Source: Phoronis australis
Lineage: Eukaryota > Animalia > Phoronida
Length of the DNA: 64,000 nt
Assembly (NCBI GenBank): GCA_002633005.1
Contig: NMRA01000226.1
Coordinates: 285,461 to 349,460 of the forward strand
Direction: 5' to 3'
The position numbers and the translations under genes are program-made. A model generated the notes under the pieces. The model ran no database searches. It was not told where the DNA came from and saw only the letters and a list, made by a program, of their open reading frames with translations. This document shows positions 25,899 through 38,985 of this stretch, one piece after another. Position 1 is the stretch's first letter. Every line of letters begins with the position of its first letter.

Positions 25899-28800
25899 GC
25901 CTATAAGTAAATAAACTCCACGGTTTCAATGTGTTCATTTGTATTGTAATATTTTCAAAGATAGCCTAATAGTTAATACATAGTCAATGCGTGATCGTTT
26001 GGTGTACCTTTCCGGAAATAAATGGAATGCAAGGACAACGATACGCACAACGGTGTTGCCGTGGTGTCGGGCAAATTCTCGATATAAGTGAATGTCTGAA
26101 TTAGCAGAGTGTCGTCGCTACCAAGGATCCAATTTTATTATTGTAGAATTTTACAGATAATAATTATCAACACAATCTGGCAAGAAGATATATGTTCAAA
26201 TCCTTTTAATCTATGAACACAAAAATAAAGTCCATAAGCTTATTATCACGAGATTACTGTTTATAATCGTAAGTTTTCTCAGGGTTCGCTTACGACAGTT
26301 TTGATTTTCGACAGACGATTTCTCTGTCTAAAAGCCCTTAAAAGAAGACTTTTAAGTCTTAAAAGAAATCAAGCTGTAGCAAATGGAATAAAACATTATT
26401 TACTAGTTCAGCGCTCTTACACGTAGACTTTCCTCTCGGCCGCATGTTGGACACATTTCTTCTCTAGCAAACACTATTGAATTCTCGAGGATGTATATTC
26501 TCCTCTCGCAGACGCATATCTCCCCCTCCCGGATATAGTTCTTTTCTCATTGACCAACCATCCCGAACATTGTCCCCTGCCAGCGGTGCCACTTTCCCTC
26601 TCAACGACGAACAAACTCGTCGATCAATCTGCTGGACTATTTTTGAAGCTGTTTCATTTTTTCAATAAATTAATTGAACATCATAAAATTGAATAAAGCC
26701 AATCTTTTTCTCACTTCGTAATGTGAACTGCCATGGAATTAATTATCAACAATTAGTCATACTTTATCAGCACTGATTCATGCTCACTAGGGCATAGTGA
26801 GTTCAATAACATCTTCTGTTTAAGGTTATATAGGATCTTTTTGACAAGTCTGCGTATTTTGCAGTAGAACGCACGTAGAATTTGATTTTTGACTTTTTGC
26901 CAATTTGCCTTCAATTGGTTCACGTGACCACGTATTTTGAAGTAAAATTATGCCAAAACAGAAAAGTAGTACTTTGACAGCAAAACAACAGTATACTGAA
27001 TAACATAACAAAATTTTATTCGATTCAAATATTCACGACAGTATCTCGAAAACGATAAAAATCGTACAAGTTCTATTTTTATCGCCCCTCATGCGAAAGT
27101 GGGAAAATTCAACTACAATTCCTAAAACTGTCTTTGAGAACAATGCATAAAGTACAACTACTATGTCTTAAAGTTTCACCACTAATCATTTCTAGGTAAT
27201 TCCAAATGCCAAATTTCCGAGAGCCTTACATAACCAAAGTGGCTTTAAAATATAATGCATTCAATCAACTCAACGGTCCAAACCTGCCCCGTTGGTTACT
27301 AAAGACTTTAAAGTCAGGATAAAATGAGCCAAATCCCTTTAGGACATGATAAGCACAAGCATGTACATGTACCTTCTTGTTTTATTCCTAGCATTAATCA
27401 ATTACATGTACGCTAATTACTATATGGCAACCCGATCAGGAACCCCATTCTGAGCTGAAAAATAATTAGGTGACGCTCGTTGTAATCGACAAAAATGACG
27501 TCATTTTGTGAGACGAGAAGCCCAACGAGACGTTACACATTTTATGGAGCGAGTGGCCCACACACAACATGACAGAAGGCCAACTGGCGATTTTTTGCTC
27601 TTGGATCCGAATATTCAAATACCTCGTGATGGACGGACGTTACGAACACAGAGAGAGCATCAGAGAGAGCCATAGCGACTTCCAAAGACCATTCCCACAG
27701 CGAACTCCAAAATATTACCCATACTGATTTTCGTGACCGATGGTGCCACCCCCGGGAATGCCTAACGAACATTTATCCTGAACAAGACTGGTGTAAGGGC
27801 CGGCCACGGGTAATCTGTAAATGGGTTTGATATCGTGAGTACCGCGTCGTGCAACTCTTCGCTTGCCTCCGTAGGATGGATTGTGATAATGTGGTTCTAT
27901 ACTGACGCAGCAGTTTTGTCTAAATATGATCATAAACACTTGTTAGAGTTTCTATCGTTGTGAAATGCTAGCACGAGACTTCCGCCATAATAGATTTGTG
28001 CTTGTGGGACCACCGCAGCAGTTACTACGGTGGGCGTGGCCTTACTGCGTTTGTGGGAACTATCAATTGCACACAAGCGACAACGCATGCCTAATATGTG
28101 GCCTTTTCACGTGCAATATTTATCCATTCAAGGATCATTTTAAAAAGTGGCTATGGGTCAAGTGATCCCCAGAGACTATGTGGTTCAATTCAGTGCTGAC
28201 TTTTTAATGAAATACAGTAGTCTCGCCATAATGAAATTCACTCTTCCTCCAGACGGCGATCAGGTCTTTGTTGGACAAGCGTTTGTCGCCACCTATAGAT
28301 CCCATATAGTGCAGACGGATTGTTTCAACCTACTGGTATAAACAGCGTTTTAACACATTTCCTGCTACTATAAAGCCGCAAATTTACACTCCTGATCGGT
28401 GGGATGTACTAATGTGTTACGAAAATGGCAAACCTTTTGAAATATCGATGGATGAACAAAGACTTGGTGTTCCATACATTTCCCACTGCAAAGACGTATC
28501 CCCTGACAAAGCCACTGGCTGTGGCTGATAAAGTGGGAGAATGTCGATCACAGTCGTGGCGTCAACTGAAAAAACTAATACAAATTAGTGAATTTAAACT
28601 AATCAAATACTGGGAGGGGCTGGCATTGAACTTCATTCCTCTGTTTTTAAATGAATGAACCACAATGTATTAACTGAATTTCTGTCCACCAAATCTCAGT
28701 CAGAATCAAACCCAAAGTCATTTATGTGGTCTCATTACTTTAGAGAGCGCCAAATAGTCCCCTATCTACGGAAACCAAAGGTCGCGTTTACTTCCTCTAC

Positions 28801-30773
28801 CCTTTTCCAATTCTATTTGTAGCAGCATCTATCATGTGTGGAGTTGTCAGGTTTCGAGTGTAGCAATAGCTTTAATTGCTTTTCAATTTAGTCAAGCAAA
28901 AATACACAATTGCGTGGGACCTGCATTTAATGTATACAATATGCAGAGCATTTGGTCTCCAACAATTTGCAGCGTTGGTAAACGCGGGTGCGTCACAGAC
29001 AATAGCGAAGACGGCAACAAGGGGGAGTTTGCATTAGATTGAGCCCCCCAACCTCCGTATTATTTTTTAGTTTCCTTAGTACCTAGTATGCTGGACCCCA
29101 TGTTACTGACATTGAGTTTGTTGTGAGATATTGTCGAAATTGTTTTAGGATATGAATGTGATGTATATCATTTCCGTGGCAAGACAAAAAGACGTGATTA
29201 CTAGTATAATTTTGATGAGGGTTAAACAATATGATGTGTCAATAAAGTTTGTTGATGCGGTACGCTTTCCTGAAAGTAGCCCTGATGCATGAGTTGAAAT
29301 TAAATGTACATGTCAAGTGCAATACAATGAGTGATTGTCGTCAAATGCAGGTTACTTTAATCAACGATTTTGTGTTATTAAGTAAAAACCCAGAAAAACA
29401 CCACTAAAGCAGATTGGCTCCTCGCGTGAGTTCATCGCCATGTCTTACCGGAACGCTGGTTTTCATGCTTGTAATGTTGTCCCTCGCGCTAGTTCTCTGC
29501 TTGGGGACCTGCGCCTTGTCTAAGGATATTCATGGAGAGGTGCCCATGGGTGTACTCAACCCACTGTGCGACTAGACAAAAAAACGTTTACTTGGTCTAG
29601 GCTGTTTGCCGGTCCAAAATTCATTCACCGTGATTTTCTCAGGAACAAAAATCCAAAAACGTCCCAAATAACTCAAGAAAAAGGTTTGTCTGAAACTGAA
29701 GTACAGGTGTGTTCATTTGGCACACTTCTCAAAAAGAAATTCCCACTTTCTTTGTTTTACCCTTAATTTGAACACAGAAAGAAACAATCTCATTTTATAA
29801 ACTGTGTTATAGGCAATTTTCAATGCTGTGGTGTATCACCAGCAACAATTGCTTGTAATGTGAACATCTAACAGCTAAAAATATTGTGAAAATAAATACA
29901 TACTTTGCTAAAAATTACCGACTCATCCAAATGAAAAATGACGAATTCTTGAACCTTGCATCGAGTAATTCAATTGGAATTAAATGGAGATTTCCTTCAA
30001 TTTTTCAGATATACCGAAATCGAGTCTTATAATTGTCGTGGTGATTCACAAGCCGTCATTAGTTTAGTATCCGTCTAAAATCATTTACATAACGGTAGCC
30101 ATTTTTTCGATTTTCTGTTGTAACCCAATTTGGCTCCATGCATGAGAATAATTTAAATAAAGACTGTACTAAGGTGACATCACCAAGTACGTAAATTTCC
30201 TTGAATAATGTGGACACGCCTCTCTTAAAGAGGTATGGAACGCAAAAATTCGAAAAAATATATTTAAATAGAACGTGGCGAATTCACCTTTTGGAATGAT
30301 AATGTGAGAGTTAAACGCTTTAAATATTGTAAAAATTTCAGAAAATATCGTCAAAAGATTCAAAGTTTTTGAAACACAGACGAAATAAGAACTTGTCCAT
30401 CCCAAAGCAGTTTTCAAATTCTCTGCCCCTAATAATATGTCTGCGCGCATGCAATCAAAGAAGTCGGTCTGGCTGCTGCTTGAAATCGCCATTGTTTCGT
30501 TAACATCAAAGGTCACTTCTTCCATATAAGGGAAATGTGCTACGCCTATGTCTTGCCATACCAAATAAGGAGAAGTGCATTGTCATGTGATTGATTAGTA
30601 GTAGAGTAGTACATGTTTTCAGTAGTTATCCCCCTTATCTAGAGCCCTCGTTGATTTTGTAGAATTATCAGTTTTTTATGATGCAGTGCAGCTATTTTGT
30701 GACCGCATTACTCGAAGTCTTTTGTTTACTAACTGAACGCTACCATCAAAGTTTTGAGAACTCCCCTTGGATA

Positions 30774-30925
30774 CAGGGGCGGATCCAGGATTTTGATTTG
30801 GGGGGGCAGGGCAGAGTATTAGCCAGGATTTTGCCCATCAGACATTTGCAGCCCCGAACAGCCAAATGGAACCCGAGAGAATTTTAGGGAGGGGACATGG
30901 CCCTCTTGACCCCCTCTAACTCACT
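30774..30925. mobile_element. MITE of the CAGGGGCGGATCC family, degenerate right end
   Basis: Left end caggggcggatccaggattttga.ttggggggg matches the element at 41497. Confidence 0.6.
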
Positions 30926-31094
30926 AAGGCAAGTTTCTAGTGCGTCCAGTTGGCCTCTTGAGACCATGCAACATCATCGATGCAAGATCACAGACTTGAC
31001 CGTAGTCCACACTGCGCATAGATCGCTACCACGTTCTGTAGTGTTTAGTCTGAGGGAACCAACCGGTCACAGAGTGTTTCTTGAGTAAGCTTGC

Positions 31095-31300
31095 AATATC
31101 AAGACTAACAAGCCTATCATGAATCGAGATCAAGGATTGCAGCTTCCACCTATCTACGACGTCATACTACTTCCGGAGAACAGAACGGCGGGAAACCTGG
31201 AGGTCCCGTCATCAGTCGTTGACAAAGGCCATAGAGTGCAGTCCGAAACGTACGAACTCTTAAACTCTTTAGTCTCTGAGTAAGTTGATTTTATTTATAC
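31095..31300 (+). mobile_element. 5'-truncated Penelope-like retroelement relic (GIY-YIG C-terminus plus hammerhead-like tail)
   Basis: Translates IKTNKPIMNRDQGLQLPPIYDVILL, the typical PLE endonuclease end (P.xNRD.G..L...Y..L), followed by ttgacaaaggcc..gtccGAAAcgtac. Confidence 0.7.
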
Positions 31301-33129
31301 CGGAATCATATTGCCTAAGGAAAAATACAATAGTTGACCATCTTAAGCCATTATAATTAATTTTCGTTGAATAGACAAGCTAATTGACCTTAGCGACTTT
31401 TTCCTAAATTCTAGTGGGGCCCATCGACCCATTCGGCCTGTCTACGGAGAGTATCTTCCACCTCAGAGATGGTTACATTCCCTAGAGGTAAGTTTGTTCA
31501 GGAACAAGTCGATGAGACAGTGTGGCCTGTACCTTCCCACTTATAATGGTTGACTTGCAGGTGATATATCGAAGGCAATTCTGGCATCATGCAAGTTTGT
31601 TCTCATATTCCTCGATGTCAAGCAAAAAAATTCTCTCCTGAGTTTGTCTGCATCTCGATCACGATAATTGAAACAGTTTTACTACTGCGCGTTGTTAACA
31701 GATGAGCTTTTTCTGCAAGCTTTTGCAAAGACAGACTCGCTTGAGCAAGATTCCCATATCTTTTGCAGAGCTAGAAAAAATGGGGTTGCGTTCAAATATT
31801 TTTAGAAATCTGAAATACGTATTAGAACACGTTTTGATGCAATATCGACGTTATGCGCCACCAAAACCACGGATGCTTACTAGAGCGGTATCTGAAAAAT
31901 GGAGTTAACTTGCATGTATCTCTCCGAAGTTATCGTACATGTACGTAATCTGTCATGAAATAGTTGTTCTCAGTAAAGACTTAACACGTACGATCGAATT
32001 TAGCTGCAGCATTAAGGAAAGTACCGGGATTTCTCACACCAGTCACGACTTTTTAAAGAGATATGGGCCATACTATGGCTGACAATGTCAATACAAAGGT
32101 TGATCTACAGTAATTTGCTGGAGGAAAATTCAAGTTCTGTGCAGCACGCCTCGGTGACTCGATTATCCCAGGGCCGGTTTTCGGGACTATAGATACAAGA
32201 ACGCACCAGAAATTCATTGAACTGTAATAAATAGGCAAAGCACAAGCAGTTAGGTTAGCCAGATGAGATCCATGATACATGAATGCTGTTCAAGCTACAT
32301 TTTGGCATTCGAACGTCAATTTGCAGGTAAGGGCTTTCTGATGGATAAAAATGGGCAAACATCCACATGTTTTGTGTAACTTTGAAATATGCTGAGGATA
32401 GCTCATTTCATTGGTTGCAGTGTAGGGCTTTAGATATAAGTTTAGAAATACACGCTTTTCTTCAGAAAGTAAATATTAGTGATCCGATACATGAAACGTG
32501 TGTTATCGTAAACAGTTTTGCGATTGTTATCTAAATGAAGAAAGTGAACTGCGAACTGAAAAGTACACTATTCATAACGTAGAGACAATTTTATTTTGAA
32601 CACCTGTTGCATAGTTGTATGGTCACCATTCGAGTCGAAAAAACGATCTGGATGTAACGCCATCTTTCCAGAAGTGTTTGGGTCTGCGCCAGAACGCAAG
32701 GCTGAAATGCTCGCTGCAACACAAAAACGTTCCGACAGTTTTTATTCGAAAGGGAAACGTAACAATCAAAAGCAACTGAAAGCGTTTTTTGTTTTATTTA
32801 GTCCAATGAGAAATTTCGGGTATCGCAAAAACCCATGAAACTTCACATGTTTTTTGGTTAGTGGAACACGAAAGTAGGACAATGTCGTGTAGGAAATTAT
32901 AACACAGTACAAGATAACATGTCAAAAAGCGGGACATTTTTATTATGTGGCGGGATGGCGGTAAAAAGTCAAAAAGTGGTGACCGTTTTGCTAAACTAAG
33001 GCATTCGAACGTTGTGTCGAAACACTCGGCTTCGCTCGTGAATTTCAGAGGTCTTGCAAGATATTGTTTTTCTTGCAAAAAACCAGGTTTACGGAACATT
33101 TTCCAGGCTACCCTTGATCCTTTAAACAG

Positions 33130-34097
33130 CAGTGGCGGATCTAGGATATCACAAGGGGGGCCCAACATTTTGTCCGGCTGTAAGAATTTGCGCAAACTGA
33201 ACCACGATTGTAGATGCGCATAGCACCGAATGGGGGGAGGTCGGGAGGGGAGTTTGCCCCCTCCCGCCCAGGAAATTTTTCTGTTTTTACCTCTAAGAAT
33301 AAAGCATTTTCCTTGATTCCTGAAGTATTATTCAAGAAAAAAGGCAAAAAAACGAAGAACGTGTCAAACAGGAAAAACTGCAAGTATCAAAGACTCGAAC
33401 TCACGACCTGGCGATTAGGGTGCGCATGCGTTACCACTACATTTTCATACTAAGAGACCTACTTGTTTATGGCGAAACCTACTTCTTTTTGTTATGCTTA
33501 TTACACGTTTTTCATTTTGTGCCATCAATTCTTAACAAATTTGTCGTATTTAAAATAGTCTTCAAATGCCAAAAAGACCAAATCCGTTTTTCGTGTTGGC
33601 AATAATGACGGGATTGCTTTGGAAATCGTCTTAAGATAAGGTTTGGCAAAGAGAGTATTGCGAGTTTCTGAGTGATTCACTAAGGCTTCGATTAAAATCC
33701 ACATCTTACCAGCAGCTTCTGTTTTTTCATCGTCACTCAGGTTCCATTTTCTTAAAAAATGAAGTACATTTTCTTCATTGCACAGTGGAGCAGACGACGG
33801 AAACGGAGTCGTAGCGCGTAGCGCTACTGCCGGTCGCCTGGGATATCGGGGGAGAGCCTATACTTAGCCATGATAGTTCCGTTACGAATGCGCCGTGTTC
33901 CGAATTTGACACTTGAAATTGGATTTGAGCCCCCCCCCCAACACTAAAACTGCACACTTTTAAATCTTTTTTCATCCGTATAATTTTAATTACCGATGTT
34001 AATTAATAAACTCTACATTTCCCCTGCGCTCTTACTGTTTTATTTTTTTTTGCGGCAGCCAAGGGGGGGGGGCCCGGGCCCCCTAAATCTGCCTATG
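33130..34097. mobile_element. 968-bp non-autonomous DNA transposon, 5-bp TSD (hAT5-like)
   Basis: Ends CAGTGGCGGAT / ATCTGCCTATG; TSD AACAG; empty site in copy B at ~22220 (tttaaacagcatccaatg). Contains a minus-strand tRNA-like A/B box segment at ~33385-33445. Confidence 0.85.
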
Positions 34098-37000
34098 AAC
34101 AGCATCCAATGAACTAATGACCTATATAAGTTTCATCACCCTTCCAGTATTTTAAACTTAGTTACACCGTTTCAGCATTCGTGCAATAGCAATGCTGTAT
34201 CACCCGTGTGCTAATAAAGATGAAGTCCAGCAACTGAGACACTTGGTGACGGGCTGCTTGTGGCGACACGTGATCACGCCATCCAGAAGACTGTCACCGG
34301 AAAAGGTAATGTCCCATATAACACAAGTGGAGGGTATAACTCCTTACACTCGGTGGATGATTCGATATTTATTTTATAGTCAATACACATAATTAGGCCC
34401 ACTTATCTCCTATATACAAAGCTTCGCGAAAATCTGAAAATAGGCGAATACCCTTTTCGAGTCGTACCATGTTTGAAAATGAACATAGGAGCAAACCATT
34501 TGCTTTTAAAACACCTCTGCTTAATGGGCTCGTGAAATGAAATGATGGGTTGTGCGCATAACTCTCCGAGTAGTACTGTCATTTGTACAAATATCTAGTT
34601 TCGAAATAAAATAAATTTCATTTCTTTTATCTTAATCAATGTTTGAATAGACGAACTTGAAACAGGTCTCTTTTGGCGTTTGTCGGTCTCTTTGCAAAAA
34701 ACGCCAAAGCTAGTCTCATCGCTCCTGTCACCCGATTCGCTTTACAAAGAGCCTTCCGTACAGCCATGTTCTTAGAATTCGCCGATTGGTTTCAGACGAA
34801 ATTCCCTTTAATAACCTCTTTAAGATACTGTTTCAGCTTCATTTCATTATAACGCTAGTTACAGTAGTTCAGTCGAAACGTAAGCTCCAATAATGCCCAT
34901 TCAACACAACTCCAAATAGTTTCAAACTTTAATTAATTTATTTATAATTTTGTAGTATAATTTATATTTGTGGCAGTACACCACCACTTAAAATGACCTC
35001 AGTATAGTGAGTGACAGCTGGCTCATGCATTGTGGGTACTCACTCAACTTCCACCATTTATAATGAACTTTGCCTGAAACCTGCCTTCTCTTAAAAAACT
35101 TTAAAATGTTATTTAGTTAAAACAAGCATTGACAATGAAAAAGGAATCAAACAAACAAACTGGCTACACGCATTGCAATAAACCTAGATATCAAATGTTA
35201 AATTTTGTCAACAACAGATTCCTCCACTCCTCTGAAACCAATGAAAACTTTGAAATTAATCATTACTATGACTGTCATATATCATTGTATTCTTAACATC
35301 AGTTTTTTTTATTTATGTATTCGTATATAATCATTGTATATAGACTTCTTTGTATTTTTTTACCCATATCTAATGCCTCTTGGCGCTTTCTGGGTTATGT
35401 ATATTCTTTGTATTCTGAAGATTTCGTAATAAACATTAAAATAAAACTATGACTGCACCACCACTAGCACCACCACCACCACCACCACCTCACAACTTCC
35501 AAGAAAAGTTTCATCCCTGTATGCCACCATGCCAAACTGAACTCGATTGAGAAAACTACATGAAGCATGGCAGATACCTAAGATAATCAGTTCGATTCTA
35601 AAAGTCAAAAACTCGGAGACCTTATACAGGCTGATAGTGTTTGTACTTTAGCTTATGACTCCCGGCCGAGTGCAAAAACTGGATGAGAGCAAGTATTGTG
35701 AACACAACATGCGCAACCATTTGGTTCTAGATTCAGGTTCCCCTTCTTGACAACGTTACGCATGCGCAGTTTATTCTGTCTTGTTGCAGCCCCTTGCACT
35801 GGTCTCCTGGGGTTGCAGATTGGAAATGAGTCACTACGACCTTGGAGAGGCGCAAAGTTTCATAGTTGTAAGTCGTTTTACGAATATGAATGTAATTATG
35901 AAAAAACTAAATCTTGTTGAAGCGAAAAGCGAATAATCACTTATTGTTTCAATTTGTTAAATGCGTAGTGAATGTTCATTAAATTGACGACGGTAGACAA
36001 TTCTTCAACAGTTGGTTGAAGATTTCTCCTGAATAGCACTTCGATTTTCCTAGGTGAACGTGTTTTTTCTTATTGTTTTTATTTTTGCAAAAATGTTCAG
36101 GAGGCCAGTGCCCGGTTTCATGAAACAGTCCCAAATAGAGACTCAACTAAGCTCCCTAAATCTTTTGCTTATTTGTTTCCTTCGTTACCCAGAGATGTAG
36201 TATTTTCCAATATTTTATCTTAACTGTGAGCTCCTCTTTGACTATTGATATTTCCTAATGATATAACTAAACACTGAGCCTTTAATTCTGTCAAAAATTG
36301 TAGGGCCCAAACCAAGCAGAAATGGGGTACGGACCAATGTTTGTTATCAGGGGAGTAATGCCCAGACCCAAGAAACTAGCAACGCACTTGCGGTGAGAAA
36401 TATTTGCTTTTGTAACGGAAACAGTGAATTCTATCTCATGAGTCAGCATTCCATACTCACCGACCAGTGGCCGACACATTGCAAGCGTACGCTACCAACA
36501 CTCCCTATAAGGAGTACTTCGACGTAAACCCGATTTGTTAAAGGACTTTAAATTTATAACACATATGATTTGGACACTTCAAAGAAATAAAGGCGTCACT
36601 TTGTGCACGGAACCACGTAACCTACTTGTATTCGAATTGTACAAGAACAGCATGTATGGCAAGTCCACTTTGACTGCAACAATATGACGACAGGACCTTT
36701 AACGTCTGCTCCCTGAGTTTCTGAGGTTATCTTCTTACGCACAACCTTCCCCCGAGAACAATCCCTTCCCTCGAGGTGTATTCTTTAATAAAAAATAAGT
36801 TTTCTTTTCTCTCAAAGGAGTGCTTTCCCGTTCTTATGTGGTGGTTCACGAGCAAAGAAATTTGAAAGGAAATGAAGTTCGAGAGAAATTTCAATTTTCG
36901 ATACAAGAGATTGTTTGCGAGAAAAATAAAATAAAACTCGCGACTTTGGTTAAAGTCATATAATAATAGACACTTCAAGAAATAGTCAACCTCAGAGATA

Positions 37001-37221
37001 TGTGCGTGTGGCATTTCCTCCTCATGACGTCAGTTCGTGTGTATCTTCTTTTGGCGCAAGTCGGCAGCACTCGCGTTTCCTCATCCTCACAGCCGGCAGG
37101 GAATACTTCGACCTGGCAATGCGACGACTGGCGGAATGGTATCATTGCAAATTACAACTACTAAATTATTGGTTTCAAACTAGAAAGATTTCGTCACATA
37201 CACGTTCTGTTGCTGCGGTTA

Positions 37222-37860
37222 TTATCCTAATGCAAGACTTCCCGTTCTTCCATTTTCACCTGTCGGCGAATAACTAACACTTCGATCATTTGTATCATCC
37301 ATTGTTAATGCATCCGGTCCAAAACAGGTGTAATTTGATTTAGAGGTCACGTCACTGTCTCCCACACAACGTGGCGATTGGAGCAGAGTTTGCTCCATTG
37401 CGTGCGTTTCGTTTATGGGAGACAGCTGAGTTCTGGGAAATTTGTGCAGCGCTGTGCGTTTCCAGTCCATGCATGATTTTCTCTCTCTATGAGGAGAAAC
37501 AGTGTCGTCAAAGTCATCCTCATCGGAACTACATTCATTGCTATCCAGTAAATCCAGCCTGGCTTGCGTCTGTTGCACTAGAAAGCTTAGATCTCTGGTT
37601 TCGTATTTAAACTGCCTGTATTTATCAATGATTCGTTCCTCTTCAATCTCTTTCTCCTCTCTCCTCAGGTGGCTAACAATAGCTGCAACAATACCAACTG
37701 AGTAAAACATCAACACCAGCACGATGTAAAGAACCGCTTGCTCTGCCTCTTTATCAGTCATTGTGCTGTTGTGGCGCGCGCGCGGTGGCAGGTGATGAGT
37801 TTTGGACGCATCAATTAGTCTTTGGAGTGTGTAGTATGTTCCATTATGAGTTTCAATCAT
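37222..37860 (-). CDS. Single-pass membrane protein, 212 aa, KCNE/MinK-like TM segment
   Basis: Longest ORF in the window, first ATG at 37860. No signal peptide; N-terminal sequons NGT and NST; one hydrophobic helix (AVLYIVLVLMFYSVGIVAAIV) followed by charged LRREEKEIEEERI and a low-complexity tail. A good splice acceptor (ttttcattttattgcag) opens the exon at 37933. Confidence 0.8.
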   Translation of the reverse strand: MIETHNGTYYTLQRLIDASKTHHLPPRARHNSTMTDKEAEQAVLYIVLVLMFYSVGIVAAIVSHLRREEKEIEEERIIDKYRQFKYETRDLSFLVQQTQARLDLLDSNECSSDEDDFDDTVSPHRERKSCMDWKRTALHKFPRTQLSPINETHAMEQTLLQSPRCVGDSDVTSKSNYTCFGPDALTMDDTNDRSVSYSPTGENGRTGSLALG

Positions 37861-38416
37861 TCTGTCGTTCGCTATTGTTAATAGCAATCACGTTAATGTT
37901 ATTTACAGCTGGCGAAGTAGTTCCATGGATATTCTGCAATAAAATGAAAACTGAAATTGAGGTGATAGTTGTCCGAACATTTTTGATGTTATGGGCAAAA
38001 TATAAGTAATATTTTCAAAACAGTTGGGCTGGGTTGCGTACGTTTTTGAGATGTATCTACCCAGTGACTACATAGCTTGTTGGATGAAGTCAAGTACATT
38101 GTTCAACAATCCCAACAGAACATGTAAGCGAGATAATTAGATCATAACTCTCAGTTATGCAACCGAGCTCTGGTCCCGGGTTCTACATGCTATGAACATT
38201 CCCACTAAATAAAATTGGTTCTAACCCCGGTGTTTAAGGTAAACGGCGGGGTATGGAAAATTGAACTAGACCGTATTTATCCACCTTGGCTGAGACGCGC
38301 TCGGCTCATGCTCAAAGGGATGCCGCCAAGCTGCTCTATTCATCGAGTCACGAGCGAGGATAATTGACTTCGCTCATGCGGATATGATCAGCTGATTACA
38401 GTCTAGCCTAACAACT

Positions 38417-38985
38417 NNNNNNNNNNNNNNNNNNNNNNNNNNNNNNNNNNNNNNNNNNNNNNNNNNNNNNNNNNNNNNNNNNNNNNNNNNNNNNNNNNNN
38501 NNNNNNNNNNNNNNNNNNNNNNNNNNNNNNNNNNNNNNNNNNNNNNNNNNNNNNNNNNNNNNNNNNNNNNNNNNNNNNNNNNNNNNNNNNNNNNNNNNNN
38601 NNNNNNNNNNNNNNNNNNNNNNNNNNNNNNNNNNNNNNNNNNNNNNNNNNNNNNNNNNNNNNNNNNNNNNNNNNNNNNNNNNNNNNNNNNNNNNNNNNNN
38701 NNNNNNNNNNNNNNNNNNNNNNNNNNNNNNNNNNNNNNNNNNNNNNNNNNNNNNNNNNNNNNNNNNNNNNNNNNNNNNNNNNNNNNNNNNNNNNNNNNNN
38801 NNNNNNNNNNNNNNNNNNNNNNNNNNNNNNNNNNNNNNNNNNNNNNNNNNNNNNNNNNNNNNNNNNNNNNNNNNNNNNNNNNNNNNNNNNNNNNNNNNNN
38901 NNNNNNNNNNNNNNNNNNNNNNNNNNNNNNNNNNNNNNNNNNNNNNNNNNNNNNNNNNNNNNNNNNNNNNNNNNNNNNNNNNNNN
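38417..38985. other. Assembly gap (N run); a second small gap lies at 2447-2452
   Basis: Ns in the sequence. Confidence 1.

Larger units (their letters stand above)
29474..35867 (+). pseudogene. DUF3105/TP53I13-like copy C, pseudogene (exon relics 29474-29575, 31415-31487, 34176-34305, 35790-35867)
   Basis: Exon 1 has a premature TAG (29573-29575) and has lost its donor. Exons 2-4 and 8 were not found. Exon 5 has a 6-nt deletion (GEYRYLPP to GEYLPP). Exon 6 has a +1 frameshift (CATTCGTGCA vs CATGGTGCA). Introns and upstream flank align with copy B. Confidence 0.85.
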
